DNA of 53,933 nt from Chrysochromulina tobinii (Eukaryota). This document shows positions 1-10,414 of the stretch, one piece after another. Numbering within the stretch: position 1 is the stretch's first letter; the number at the start of each line of letters is the position of its first letter. The notes beneath the pieces were generated by a model that did not search any database, was not told the origin of the DNA, and saw nothing but the letters and a program-made list of their open reading frames with translations. The stretch covers positions 1-53,933 of the forward strand of contig JWZX01003251.1 of the NCBI GenBank assembly GCA_001275005.1, read 5' to 3'. The position numbers and the translations under genes were made by a program.

Positions 1-335
1 GGCTGCGGCGGTGGCCGCGGTGGCGCGGGCGGCGACGGTGGCAGGGCCGGTGGCGAGGGCGGCGAGGGCGGCGCGTGCGGATGCGCGACGAGGGAGACGA
101 TGAGCTGGGGCGCGTCGCCCGTGGTGGAGAGGAGCCGTCGTACCGCGACAAGTTCAAGGAGAAGTCCCAACAGAAGGCGAGCAAGCTCGAGAAGTCATAT
201 CGCAAGGGCGAGGGCGGCGAGGCCGACGGAGCGGCCGGAGCGGCGGCCGCCGACGCTGACAAGGCATCGCTCTTCAGGACCTTTTCGGATACGCTCCTGA
301 CCACCTTCACGCCCGGCAAGGGGTCCAAGGATTAA
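1..335 (+). CDS. 3' end of a gene entering the window; hypothetical protein (partial)
   Basis: Codons from ~130 to TAA at 333-335 have strong GC3 bias (EEPSYRDKFKEKSQQKASKLEK...GKGSKD*). The frame of the first ~120 nt is uncertain. Confidence 0.55.
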   Translation, partial: LRRWPRWRGRRRWQGRWRGRRGRRVRMRDEGDDELGRVARGGEEPSYRDKFKEKSQQKASKLEKSYRKGEGGEADGAAGAAAADADKASLFRTFSDTLLTTFTPGKGSKD

Positions 336-377
336 AGGATGGCGACGGGCCTGAGCATGATGAGTTGATGACGCTGC

Positions 378-457
378 CTAAGCATGCGCCGTGGTGTGCA
401 AGAGGGAGCTAGGGGGGGGAGACACGCAGGCAATCAGGGGCCATCAGAGGCACTCAC
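378..457 (-). other. Putative spliceosomal intron (80 nt) containing the decamer satellite
   Basis: Minus strand TCG|GTGAGTGCCTCTGATGGCCCCTGATTGCC...CATGCTTAG|GCAG. The host transcript is not identified. Confidence 0.5.
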
Positions 458-1304
458 CGAGGCCGCCTCGAAGCTGGCAACAGAGCTGTGATGTGGGGGA
501 GGGCGAGGGGAGGTCAAGAATGGGGATGATGTGCTGTGGGAAGAGAGTTGCTTGGCCGCCGTGTGGTTCTCGGTCGCCCACAAAACACTGCAAACTCGAA
601 AGGCGCAGGACCCGCGAGGTACACGCGCGACGGCGCTGGATAACGTAGCTTCCTCGTATTTCGCTGTACTCGACTCCGGTATGCTCCCACCGGCTGGGGC
701 TCCTTCTGCCACGATCGATCCCGCGGGCCGTCCTGCGGACCACGGTCCCATGGAGAAAGCCGCATCACTCACAAGAAGCGTCGCGGCGGGCGAGGGCCTC
801 CGTGGCCATGTCCTGGGGCAGCCAACTGTCTTCCACAAAAACGAAAGGGCGTGGGGGTGCAGTAACTCACTACTCAGCAGTAAAGCGGTAGAATCGGAAG
901 TGAGCGCGCTTTCGGCCGTACCCGTAGCCGACCTAAGCCGACCAGCGACCACGCACCATGTGCCACGCGCACGGTCGTTCCGTGGTCCAGTTCGCCATGC
1001 TCCGGTCCGATCGGTCGCACCGTTGTCTCGTACACGTTGTCTCGTGCGGCCCAGCGACACGGGCACTATATTCGTGGTCACTCAGACTCCGACTCTCACC
1101 GACACGCCGCGCGCCGCCCGCGCAGGGTCCGCTCATGGGTCCGCTACCCACTCGGTAGCCTCACATTCTTGCCCGGTTTATAATAAGAGTTGCGCTCACT
1201 CGCGCCTGGACCCGGAGGCGAGGAGCCTGCCTGAGGCTGAGCCCCGCCCGCTGCCGCCGCGCCAGCCGCGCCCTCAGATGGAGCTAGATCGCCTTAAGAT
1301 CGCC

Positions 1305-1680
1305 TCAGTCGTCGTCGGTGGAGCTAGATCGCCTCAGAGGGAGCTCCTGCTTGAACGCAGCGGCGTTGCGCGCGGGGGGCGTGGCTCCTCCGCGAGTGCG
1401 CCCAGAGCCAAAGCTGACGCCGCTCGCGCGCGTTGGCGCAGGTGGCGTCGTCGCGGGTGGCGTCGTCCCGAGCACGGCGCCCGCGAGCCGCAGCCAAAGG
1501 CGCAGCCAAGCGTTGGGCGCCGTCCCGGGCGCCGTCCCGGATGGTGCGAGGCCGACACCGGGTGTCCCCCCCCTGGATGGTGCTCCCCCCCCGGATGGTG
1601 CGAGGCCGACACCGGGTGTCGAGGCGAGGCGGCGTGTGGGCGGTGACGGTGGCGGCGGTGACGGCCACTGCTGCCGCTGC

Positions 1681-1719
<39 letters not shown>

Positions 1720-1732
1720 TTCCGCTGCTGCC

Positions 1733-1766
<34 letters not shown>

Positions 1767-3584
1767 CTGCTGCTGCTGCTCCCCCCGCAACCGCTGCTGC
1801 TGCTCCCACCGGCGATCTAGCTCCAGCTGCTGCTGCGGCGTCTGCGACGGCGGCGGCGGCGGCGGCGGCGGCGATGGCGACGGCGGCGATGGCGACGGCG
1901 GCGGCGGAGAGGAGAGCGGTGCCGTCCCACGTCGCCGCCCCGATCCGAAATTGACGCCGCTCGTACGTGACGGCAGCGTCGTCGGCGTCGTCGGCGGCCT
2001 CTGCCACTGCCCCGTCTGCGGCCGCCCCTGCGCACGCGGCGGTGGCACGGGCGGTGGCAAGGGCGGCGAGGGTGGTATGCGGGTCGGTAAGCGGGTCACC
2101 CATCGACCTAACTCGGATTGCTGAAGGCACTGCTGACGAAAGGCTGCGGCCCTTTCCTCCTCCCTCGCCGCCCACTCACTCGCCCACGCACTCAGGCCCC
2201 GGAGCAGGTCGGCGCTCCGCGCGACCGCCGAGGCAAAGCTCTCGACGAATGACTCGACGAGGCTAGTCGCCGCCGAGGGGCCGAGGAATTGGCCGAGGAT
2301 CGTGACGAGACGCGGCGCCGTGTCGAGCGTCCGTTGCACGAGGTCGTCGAGGGCGCGGGAGATCGGCGCGGCGAGCACGTACGCGAAGAGGTACATCGCG
2401 GCGCCCAGCACGCTCACGACGAAGCCGATCCCCGCGAGCTTCTCGGCGCTCACCAGCAGCGCGGCCGTGCTCACACGCAGAGCCGCGCCGAGGCTGGCGC
2501 AAGTGGCGGCGGCTGCCGAGACCGCCGCCGCCGCTGCGACAGCCGCTGAGCTGGCGGCTGTGCCGGCCGTACCGGCGGCACCCTGCGCTGCAGCCTGTGC
2601 GGCGGTTGTGGCGCCCGATACGGCGCCCGCGACGGCACCCGCGACGGCGCCAGCGGCGCTCGCAGCACCCTCGGACGTTTTCACAGCACCCTCGATCGTC
2701 TTCACGGCTCCGACTTGCATGAGCAGCGCGACGAGCTGTGAAAGCTTGCCGAGAGTGACGAGCGCGCCGGCGGCGGCAGTGGCGGCGGCGAGCCCGAGCG
2801 CGCCCGCCTTGGCACGCGCGCCCGCCACGGCGATCACCGAGCCGCTCGCCAGTGCGCTCGCCAAGATGCTTGTCTGCGCCGCCACCATTGGCCCGAGCGG
2901 TCGCACCGTCGACCAGATCCGAAGCAGCACGGCGCTCAGCACGGCGCCGACGAGCGCGGCGGCGCTGGCGAGGGCGCTGGACAGGGTACCGAATACGCTC
3001 GCCACGGCGCCAGCCGCCTGCCACGCCTCAAAGGCAGATGCACGCGAGAGCACCGCCAGATGAACTCCGAGCGCCGCCAGCAGCTGCCATGTACTGGCCG
3101 CTGCGCCGGAGAGCGCGGCGACGAGCTGCGTCGCCGCGATCGAGGAGCCATCGACGAGCACCCGCGCGTTGAGCACGGCGGCGCTCGCGGCCACCACACC
3201 GAGCGCATGCACGCTGCTCACGAGTGCATTCACTTGGGTCGGCAGCATCACGAGCGCCGCGCTGATGGCAGGAGGAAGGAGCACGAGGGATTTGCCGAAG
3301 GCGGCAGTTGCGGGGACCGCAGCGAGTCCGAGGCGGCCGAGCGCCGAGCCGATGACTGCACCAGTAGCTGGCACGAGCGGAGTCAATACGACGATGAGAC
3401 CGGCACGGCTCATCCAGCTGATCTCACCGTCGTCGTCGCCGTACTTGCTGCTTCCCGCGAGGGCAATCGGCCCGACGCAGTTTGTGCGTGGCGCGAATAC
3501 GTGGGCGGCAGATGCAGCGGGAGCGGCGACGAGCGCCGCGCCGGTGACTCTTGCGTTCGCCAATGCAATGTGCATTGTGATCAT
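1305..3584 (-). CDS. Ala-rich hydrophobic hypothetical protein with C-terminal Pro-rich and polyQ tracts
   Basis: Long ORF, first ATG at 3584. Several hydrophobic segments, a possible N-terminal targeting peptide, polyQ/polyP and a repeated SGV(N/S)FGSGR motif. Confidence 0.65.
1667..1835 (-). repeat. Interrupted CAG trinucleotide repeat encoding polyQ
   Basis: (CTG)n on the + strand, giving QQQQWQQQQQQQQQQWQQRKEQQQ... in the 1305-3584 ORF. Confidence 0.95.
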
Positions 3585-3710
3585 GCGCTTCAAGTATCGA
3601 AAAGAGTTTCGTCAGAAGGTGTTAAAAGTCGCTCTCGCACTTGTGTTCGTAGATACAAAGTGTGCCTTTGCACGTGTAGAATCCGAGCACGCATCTCCGC
3701 GCATTCGTTG

Positions 3711-4166
3711 ATGGCGATGAGCTCTGTGCGCATGCTGGCAATCGCAATGCTGCCGTTCTGCACCGCGCTCGTGCTCAGCCCGCCCGCTGCTGTGGCGCGC
3801 GGCCATGCAAGGCAGACCTCACTCCAGATGTTGACTGGGCGCGAAGTCGTACAGTCATTCGTGGCTGCCACCGAGAAAGGTGATGCGGTGGCTGCCGCCA
3901 AGCTTTGCACAGAGGATTTCCTCTACAAGACACACAGCGCGACCACCGAGAGCCTCGCAGCCGCGCAAGATAGATTGAAGACCAAGGTTCCTGTTCCATC
4001 GAAGGTGACCTCAGAGCTGCATGAGGAGAATGATGGCACCTTCGTGCGCGAGATTGTCGTGAAGCCCGTACCGTTCATCACAGTGGCGGTCCGTCAGGAA
4101 TTTGAGGTCGAGTGTCCCGTAGTTGATGAGTGCCAATTGAGTCGCGCGGAGTTCATCAAGCAGTGA
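3711..4166 (+). CDS. Small SnoaL/NTF2-like protein with bipartite signal plus transit peptide (likely plastid-targeted)
   Basis: MAMSSVRMLAIAMLPFCTALVLSPPAAVARGHARQTSLQM leader. The mature part starts REVVQSFVAATEKGDAVAAAKLCTEDFLY, typical of the SnoaL/NTF2 N-terminus. Confidence 0.7.
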   Translation: MAMSSVRMLAIAMLPFCTALVLSPPAAVARGHARQTSLQMLTGREVVQSFVAATEKGDAVAAAKLCTEDFLYKTHSATTESLAAAQDRLKTKVPVPSKVTSELHEENDGTFVREIVVKPVPFITVAVRQEFEVECPVVDECQLSRAEFIKQ

Positions 4167-4435
4167 CCCGTGCACGTCGTGGACCGAACATGGATCCGGG
4201 TTCCGGGACCAGTGTTTGCACAACAAGAGATTCGACCCGATGTGGTAGACAGCATGTGAGAGAACGATGACACGGAGTCATATGTATGTGCGTGATCATC
4301 AAGTTTTTGTTTCAACGAAACCCTTTTGCGTGAAAACGCTGTTCAGGTTGGTAAAATGGAAGCAGCGGCCCTCCGTCGGAGGAGCAGCGCAAGCGGCACG
4401 TGCTCGTGAAGAAGAAGAAGAAGATTGGCGACGTC

Positions 4436-6152
4436 ATGCGCGAGGACTGCCTGCCCGAGCTCGTCGCAGCTCAGACCGAGATGTGCCAGATGCGTGACGA
4501 GCTTGAGGCGTATCGAAGAGGCGACCCCACCTCGAGACGCGCCGAGGCGGCTGAGAGGGAGCTGCGTGATCTCCGGGCACAGCTCGCGGCGGAGATCGCG
4601 AGCTCGGCGGAGCACTTCGAGGCGAGATCGAAGCTCAGCGACGAGATCGCCGAGCTCAGACTCCAGCTCGAAGCCGAGAAGAAGCGCTCGGCGTCGCTGC
4701 CCTCGCCTGGCGCGAGTCCAGAGGAGGAGAGCGTCAAGCAGCTCAAGAAGAGCTTGAACGAGGCGAAGGAGGAGCTCGAAGCGGCGCATCGGGCGATTCG
4801 GGCCAAGGAGGTGATTGCCTCTGAGTGCCTGCCTGAGTGCCTCGCTGAGTGCATCCCTAATTGATTTCAGGAGAGCTCGGCTCAGAAGGAAGCGGGCGTC
4901 TCATGATTGCCACGGATTGCCATTGATTGCCACTGATTGCCACTGATGAGCGCTGATTGAGCAGGAGAGCTTGGCCCAGAAGAAGGAGGGCAGCCTCCAA
5001 GCGGCCAAGGAGCATGCCGAGCTCGTCGCCCAGCACGCTGCCCTCGTGACAAAGGGCGACGAGCTCATGCGGACCGTCCGGCTGCAACGGCTCGCCGCCA
5101 AGGCTCTCGGCATGCTGTACGTCCAACGGCTGAGCTCCCTCAAGAGGCAGCTGCGGAGGATGACCGAGCGCTCGCAGGCCGTTGAGGAGATGCTCGAGGG
5201 GGCGCCCGTCGAGCGCGCGCGCCTGGTCGACGAGAATGCCAAATTGAAGCGTGACGCGGCCAGCGCCCTCGCGGCGGTTGAGCCGCTACGAAAGTCGCTC
5301 ACGCATGCAAACTCCGAGATTCGTCAGCAGGCGATGCGTCTTCAGCAGCTCCACTCAACGGCGGAGCGGCTCGAGAGCACCCGGCGTGTCAACGCTGAGC
5401 TGCGGACTACGAATGAGGAATTGCTCGAGCACGTCAGATTCCTCACGAGATCGCTCTCAGAATCGCAATCTCGCGCGGACGTGATCAAGGTCCAGCTGCT
5501 CGATGTGCAGGGCAACCACGCACGTGTCCTCGCGCGGCGGGATACGGAGCGACGGGCCCTCGAGATCCAGGTGCGCTAATGACGCCTGATGACGCCTGAT
5601 GACGCCTGATGACGCCTGATGACGCCTGATGACGCCTGATGACGCCTGATGATCCAGGTGCGCTGATGGCCTCTAAGGATCTCGGATGGCCTTGGATGGC
5701 CTCGGATGGCCTCTGATCGTCCGCATGCCCTCGAGATCGCATCGAGATCGCAGCTGGCCGAGGTGGTTTCGCGTGTGCGCGAGCATGAGAAGGCATTCCT
5801 CGGGGAGCAGCCCCTATGGCTCCTCAAGGAAATTAAAGACGCTGCCCGCGAGGCACGCGAGCCCCGGCGCGAGCGCTCACCTCGGGCCGATCTCCCGCCG
5901 CCGCTCCCGCCTTCGACGGCAACTGCCCAGACGCCATCACCGCGATGGGGCATCGCTCTGCCGACGGTGCACGCTGCTGCGATGCCTGTGCGCCCTGGCC
6001 CCACAAGGGAGGCAGCGGGGACCCCGCGCTCACGGCGGCAACTCGCGCGCGTCAAGCCGCCGCCTATCGCGGGATCCATGCCGCCGCGACAGGCGGAGGC
6101 GGCGAACGAGGCCGAACTCGGCCCCGTTGACGAGTTGCCCACCCAAGCATGA
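4436..6152 (+). CDS. Coiled-coil hypothetical protein; exons 4436-4810, 4965-5570, 5754-6152 (possible micro-exon from 4871; start may be ATG 4356 if one G is missing)
   Basis: Three heptad-rich ORFs join in frame through phase-0 GT-AG introns 4811-4964 and 5571-5753. Confidence 0.75.
4811..4964 (+). other. Decamer-satellite intron with internal acceptor (4870) and diverged copy of the downstream exon start
   Basis: GAG|GTGATTGCCTCTGAGTGCC...TTTCAG GAGAGCTCGGCTCAGAAGGAAG...(TGATTGCCAC)n...GAGCAG|GAGAGCTTGGCCCAGAAGAAGG. Confidence 0.75.
5571..5753 (+). other. Decamer-satellite intron with a duplicated donor junction
   Basis: GATCCAG|GTGCGCT occurs at 5564-5577 and 5651-5664. GACGCCTGAT x7 spans 5581-5650. 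The acceptor CGCAG|CTG at 5753 restores the frame. Confidence 0.85.
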
Positions 6153-6545
6153 GGCCGATGACGAGTACTTCGATCTTCATAACAATTTTCTTTTTAGATT
6201 TTACTTCGTTGGGAGGAGTCAGACAGCGTAGGGGCGGGGAGAGAGAACAGTCGTATACGTTTTAGACTTTTAGTCCATGGGCAAAGAAGTCGTGCAGCAC
6301 AAACTTAACGGGTACAGTCCGTTCCCTTGAGTCCGCTCGCACTCTACATTGGGTAAATGAGCCCTACATAAAACAATGACTGCACGAAACGGCCGGCGAA
6401 AACCGTGTAAAGCCCCGCCCGGGGGCCGGCGGGATGTATAGCTAATCGGAGCGGAGATTCCAAACTTATTTAGGATTTTCCGCTGAATTTCCCGACTCCG
6501 CGCATAAACTCCGCGTCGCCCTTACGACGCCCCACCCATCCGTCA

Positions 6546-7202
6546 ATGAACATCGCGGTCTCCAGCCCGCCCAGTCCGGACTCTGTGCATAGTCCATTGC
6601 CGATATTTGCCGAACACACGCTTGCCTGCGCGCACGACGGCTGCGACAAGCGCTTCTTCAGGCGAAGTGATCTCAAGAAGCACGGGGGCTTGCACACGGG
6701 CACCAAGCTATTTGCTTGCGACCACGAGGGCTGTGGCAAGAGCTTCTCGTCCTCGAGCCACCTGACGACGCACAAGCGCACGCACACCAACGACCTGCCG
6801 TACACTTGCGACCACGAGGGTTGCGCCAAGCGCTTTTCGCAAGCGAGCAACCTCCGGTCGCACATCAAGCGCACACATATGGGTGAGAGGCTATTTGCCT
6901 GCGAGTTTGAAGGCTGTGGCATGCGTTTCATGGACTCAGCCCACCATGTGGCGCACAAACGTACGCACGCGGGTGAGAAGCCATATGCATGCGACTACGA
7001 GGGCTGTGGCAAGAGCTTCTCGCAACCGAGCAATCTCAAGTCGCACCAGTGCAGGCACACTGGTGAGAGGCTGTATGCCTGCGACATCGATGGCTGCGGC
7101 AAGAACTTCAGAACGTCGAGCGACCGAGCGAACCACAGGCGCACGGACACGGACACTAAATCGTATGGCCTCGACCACGACAGGTGCGCAAAGGGCATAT
7201 AG
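6546..7202 (+). CDS. C2H2 zinc-finger protein (5 intact Cx4C fingers, 6th lacks the last His, 7th degenerate)
   Basis: Repeated C-x4-C-x12-H-x3/4-H with TGE(K/R)PY-like linkers, e.g. CDHEGCGKSFSSSSHLTTHKRTH. Confidence 0.92.
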   Translation: MNIAVSSPPSPDSVHSPLPIFAEHTLACAHDGCDKRFFRRSDLKKHGGLHTGTKLFACDHEGCGKSFSSSSHLTTHKRTHTNDLPYTCDHEGCAKRFSQASNLRSHIKRTHMGERLFACEFEGCGMRFMDSAHHVAHKRTHAGEKPYACDYEGCGKSFSQPSNLKSHQCRHTGERLYACDIDGCGKNFRTSSDRANHRRTDTDTKSYGLDHDRCAKGI

Positions 7203-7275
7203 CGGCCCTGATAGCGGTATCCGCCCTGCAGGATATGGTCCCAATAATCTCGAAGGATCAAGCCGCTCGAGAGCT

Positions 7276-7454
7276 CCAGGAGTGGCGCCGGGTGTGCCAG
7301 GAGTGGCGCCGGGTGTGCCACAAGGCGAGCCAATAAGAGACGAGCTGAAGCTGGAGCTCCCTTGAGCTCCCTTCAGCCGTGGGACGTGAGTGCCTACCAT
7401 TCGAAGCACCCGAGATCCCCATCCCAGACGAGCTGAATCTGGAGCTCCCTTGAG
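7276..7454 (+). repeat. Intergenic direct repeats: 21-bp tandem x2 and a ~29-bp dispersed pair
   Basis: CCAGGAGTGGCGCCGGGTGTG x2 at 7276-7317; AGACGAGCTGAA(G/T)CTGGAGCTCCCTTGAG at ~7338 and ~7426. Confidence 0.85.
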
Positions 7455-7989
7455 TCTCGTGTTGGTCCAACCAACGAAAGGCCCGCGCTCCTGGTCCCGA
7501 CCTGTGTGCACTCTGCGTGTGCACCTGGCGGTGCACCTCAGTGCGTCAGCGTGCGCCTGCGTGGCCGACGCCCCTCCTCAACACCTGATCCTGCGTGGTG
7601 CGTGCCCAACCAGTACCAAAGGCTACCAGTACATAGATCCGTGATATGATCGGTACCGGTAGGCTACATGCTGTTGAGTCGGCCGCGGATTCGGTCGTCG
7701 CGCGGACCCGTGCGGTGCGGGTGCGTGCGTGCGTTGCGTTGGTGTGGGTTGGGTTGGTTGCGAGGTTCGTCTACCTGGTTCGTCTGTGATATCCGTGTGC
7801 CCGAGAGGTACCGTTGGTACCCGAGTGGGTAAAAGGCACCAGGGGGAGCCGGGACACACACGTGACACACGGGCGCACACGGGACACACGGGCGCACAGC
7901 ACCAATTGCACAGCACACGGATCACACAGTCGTTAAGCTTCACTTGAATTCATACATACTTGTACGAAGATTGACGAAGTTCCCGACCC

Positions 7990-9195
7990 ATGTTTGTCAC
8001 CGACAAGGCAGCCGGAGCATCGGCGCTGTCGGGCGTGCTCAATCTGTTGAATTCGATCATCGGAGCTGGTATACTCGCGTTGCCGTTTGCATTCAAGAGC
8101 GCCGGTCTGCTGGTTGGCATAGGGTACCAAATCGTCTTCGGCTTCATGACACTGTATGGCATCGTGCTGCTGCTCGAGTCGCTGAAGTTTGCGTCCGTCC
8201 GCTCATACGAAGACTTGGCACTGTGCGCGCTGGGAAGGGCGGGATGGTACGCCTACAATTTCAGCTCCATCTTCAGCGGCTATGGCTCGTGCACTGGCTA
8301 CTTGGTGATCATCGGCGACATCCTGCCGGGGCTCCTCCAGGAGCTCGGCTATGTGCTTTCGCGCGAGTCGCTCATGTGCGCCGTCAGCGTCGTGCTCATC
8401 TTCCCTCTGTGTGCGCTGCCTGAATTCTCCGCCCTCCAGTACGCGAGTGGCCTCGCCGTCGCCATCTACGTCTGCTTCACAGTTGCCATCGTGCAACTGT
8501 ACTTCCAAGGCAACGGCGGCAGTGAGCCTCTTGACCCTCCTCCCTCGATGTTTCGAGAGGACTTTGGCGCCTTCATCTCGGTCGCGCCGCTCTCCGCGTT
8601 CGCATACCAGTGCCTGACGACCCTCTTCCCGATTTATCAGGAGCTCGCGGTGGCCACGCCCGCCCGGATGACTCTCATCTCAGCGATCGCCCTTGGGACT
8701 GCTGGAGTGATCTATTCGAGTGTGGGTGCGGCCGCGTACTTGCACTTTGGCGAGGCGACCCAAGGCGACGTGCTGTTGAACCTCGAGTCGATCGGCAGCC
8801 CAACGATGCGCATCATGCGCTTCAGCTTTGGGATCTCAATCTGCTTCACATACCCTACCATGCAGTTCGCATGCAGACGGTCGCTTGACCAGCTGCTCTT
8901 CCATTCCAAAGAAGGCAACACCCCGTACCTTCGCCTGCTCGCACTGACGGTGCTCATCGTGAGCTCGACACTATGGCTGGCGCTCTACTCCCAGAAGGTC
9001 GAGGTCGTCTTCGGGTACGCGGGCGCGATTGCCTCGACCTCGCTCCTCTTCATCCTACCACCGTCGATCGCGCTCTCGCTCCATCCGCACAAGCCGTGGT
9101 ACAACTACCTTTTCCTTCTGGCAGGGCTGGCGTGCGGCATCCTAGGCTTGCTGCAGCAGCTCGCAGAAGACGTGCAGAGTGGGGGTGAAAGCTAG
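7990..9195 (+). CDS. Amino acid transporter, AAAP/Aa_trans (SLC38/AVT-like) family
   Basis: GVLNLLNSIIGAGILALPFAFKSAG, SYEDL, AFAYQC and GDVLLNL motifs; ~11 TM segments. Confidence 0.93.
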   Translation: MFVTDKAAGASALSGVLNLLNSIIGAGILALPFAFKSAGLLVGIGYQIVFGFMTLYGIVLLLESLKFASVRSYEDLALCALGRAGWYAYNFSSIFSGYGSCTGYLVIIGDILPGLLQELGYVLSRESLMCAVSVVLIFPLCALPEFSALQYASGLAVAIYVCFTVAIVQLYFQGNGGSEPLDPPPSMFREDFGAFISVAPLSAFAYQCLTTLFPIYQELAVATPARMTLISAIALGTAGVIYSSVGAAAYLHFGEATQGDVLLNLESIGSPTMRIMRFSFGISICFTYPTMQFACRRSLDQLLFHSKEGNTPYLRLLALTVLIVSSTLWLALYSQKVEVVFGYAGAIASTSLLFILPPSIALSLHPHKPWYNYLFLLAGLACGILGLLQQLAEDVQSGGES

Positions 9196-9400
9196 GTGGA
9201 AGTTAGGGGTAGTGCTAGAACGCAAAGCGCCGACGTGGGCACATTTATGCACACACATCAAGGATGATCGCCCTCGTCGCTTTCGCCCTCGCCCTCCGAG
9301 CTCCTCCCTCACGTCGCGAGCCCCGAGGCGCGAGGGGCCACTCTCGTCGGTACCAGTTTTCAGCATTAATGCACTCCACATGTCACCACCAGTGCGCGCG

Positions 9401-10414
9401 TCAAGCCTTGCCCATCGCCAGCATGGCCACGCCGCCATACTTGAGCGGCATCGGCGCACCGCCGCCCTTGGAGGAGGATACCTCAGCCACGCGATCGAGG
9501 AAGTTCGAACCGGATCCAACCTTTATAACACCGGAGCGCAGCTTCAGACCCGCGGGCGCCGTCCCGGGCGGATCTCCGAGCTCGCGCATCGCCTGGAGTG
9601 TGTGGGTGTCGCCAAACAGGACCGTGGCGCCCGTGCGCTCCAGCACTTCCACCGTCACCGTCGCGCGCTGTGCCGGCACGCCGCAGCCGCGAATGCCTCC
9701 GACGGCCGGTAACACCACGCTCGCGCCTGCGGTCAAAGCGCTCGAGACTGCGGACCCTATGCCAAATGCATGCATGAGCGTGATGGAGGCACACACGACG
9801 TCGGCACTCGTGAGGTGCAGCTTGGTCGCCGCCTGCCGGCCGAGCGTGATCGCCTCTCCGTGCGTCAGCGCGGAGCCGCCATACACTCCGAGCAGGCTAC
9901 CAGCGACGGCAACAGGTGAGCCCCCACGGGGAGGGCAATGCAAGAGGAGCTCGCGGAAATCGACGGTTGCTGAGGCTGGACGAGGGCCGGCGTCACCTGC
10001 CTCGAGGCTCACGATCGGCATCCGATGATGAGCAATCGCCTCCGTGTGCTCCAGCCAGGCCGCGGTTGCGTCCACGCAGATGATGCCGCAAACGTCGTAC
10101 TTCTCAAGCAGTGCATCGAGGGCGGCGGCGTCCTTGGGCGGCGTCATGATGGCTGCCCCGACGTGTGAAAGAGCAAGCTGCAGCAGAATATTTTCCGCCA
10201 CGTTGGGGACGTCGGAGAGAGCTACCGAGCCTGGCTTGTAGCCGATGTCTTCCAAGCCCGAAGCGAGGCAGCGCGCTTTGAGATCAAGTTCCTCGTACGT
10301 GTAAGACACGTTCTGCTGCGGCGCGATCAAGGCTGGCGCTCTCTGATTCGCGCTGATCACGAGGGACGCGAGGCTCGAGCCCGCGCTGGAGGCGAATCGC
10401 CTCGACAGGCGCAT
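9401..10414 (-). CDS. Truncated AMP-binding (acyl-CoA synthetase-like) protein with probable mitochondrial presequence
   Basis: ATG 10414 MRLSRRFASSAG; YTYEELDLKARCLASGLEDIGYKPG and VVCASITLMHAFGIG...AGASVVLP motifs. Lacks the canonical TSGTTGxPKG loop and the C-terminal domain. Confidence 0.8.
   Translation of the reverse strand: MRLSRRFASSAGSSLASLVISANQRAPALIAPQQNVSYTYEELDLKARCLASGLEDIGYKPGSVALSDVPNVAENILLQLALSHVGAAIMTPPKDAAALDALLEKYDVCGIICVDATAAWLEHTEAIAHHRMPIVSLEAGDAGPRPASATVDFRELLLHCPPRGGSPVAVAGSLLGVYGGSALTHGEAITLGRQAATKLHLTSADVVCASITLMHAFGIGSAVSSALTAGASVVLPAVGGIRGCGVPAQRATVTVEVLERTGATVLFGDTHTLQAMRELGDPPGTAPAGLKLRSGVIKVGSGSNFLDRVAEVSSSKGGGAPMPLKYGGVAMLAMGKA

Noticed and set aside
531..1646. 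371-aa + strand ORF
   Set aside because: No motifs, weak codon bias, and it overlaps the repeat-rich 3' end of the minus-strand gene.
1318..2124. Poly-Cys ORF resembling a metallothionein
   Set aside because: It is the antisense reading of the CAG/polyQ repeat.
6301..7940. Possible TIR element around the zinc-finger gene (AAACTTAACG / CGTTAAGCTT)
   Set aside because: A 9/10 match that does not extend; no TSD or transposase.
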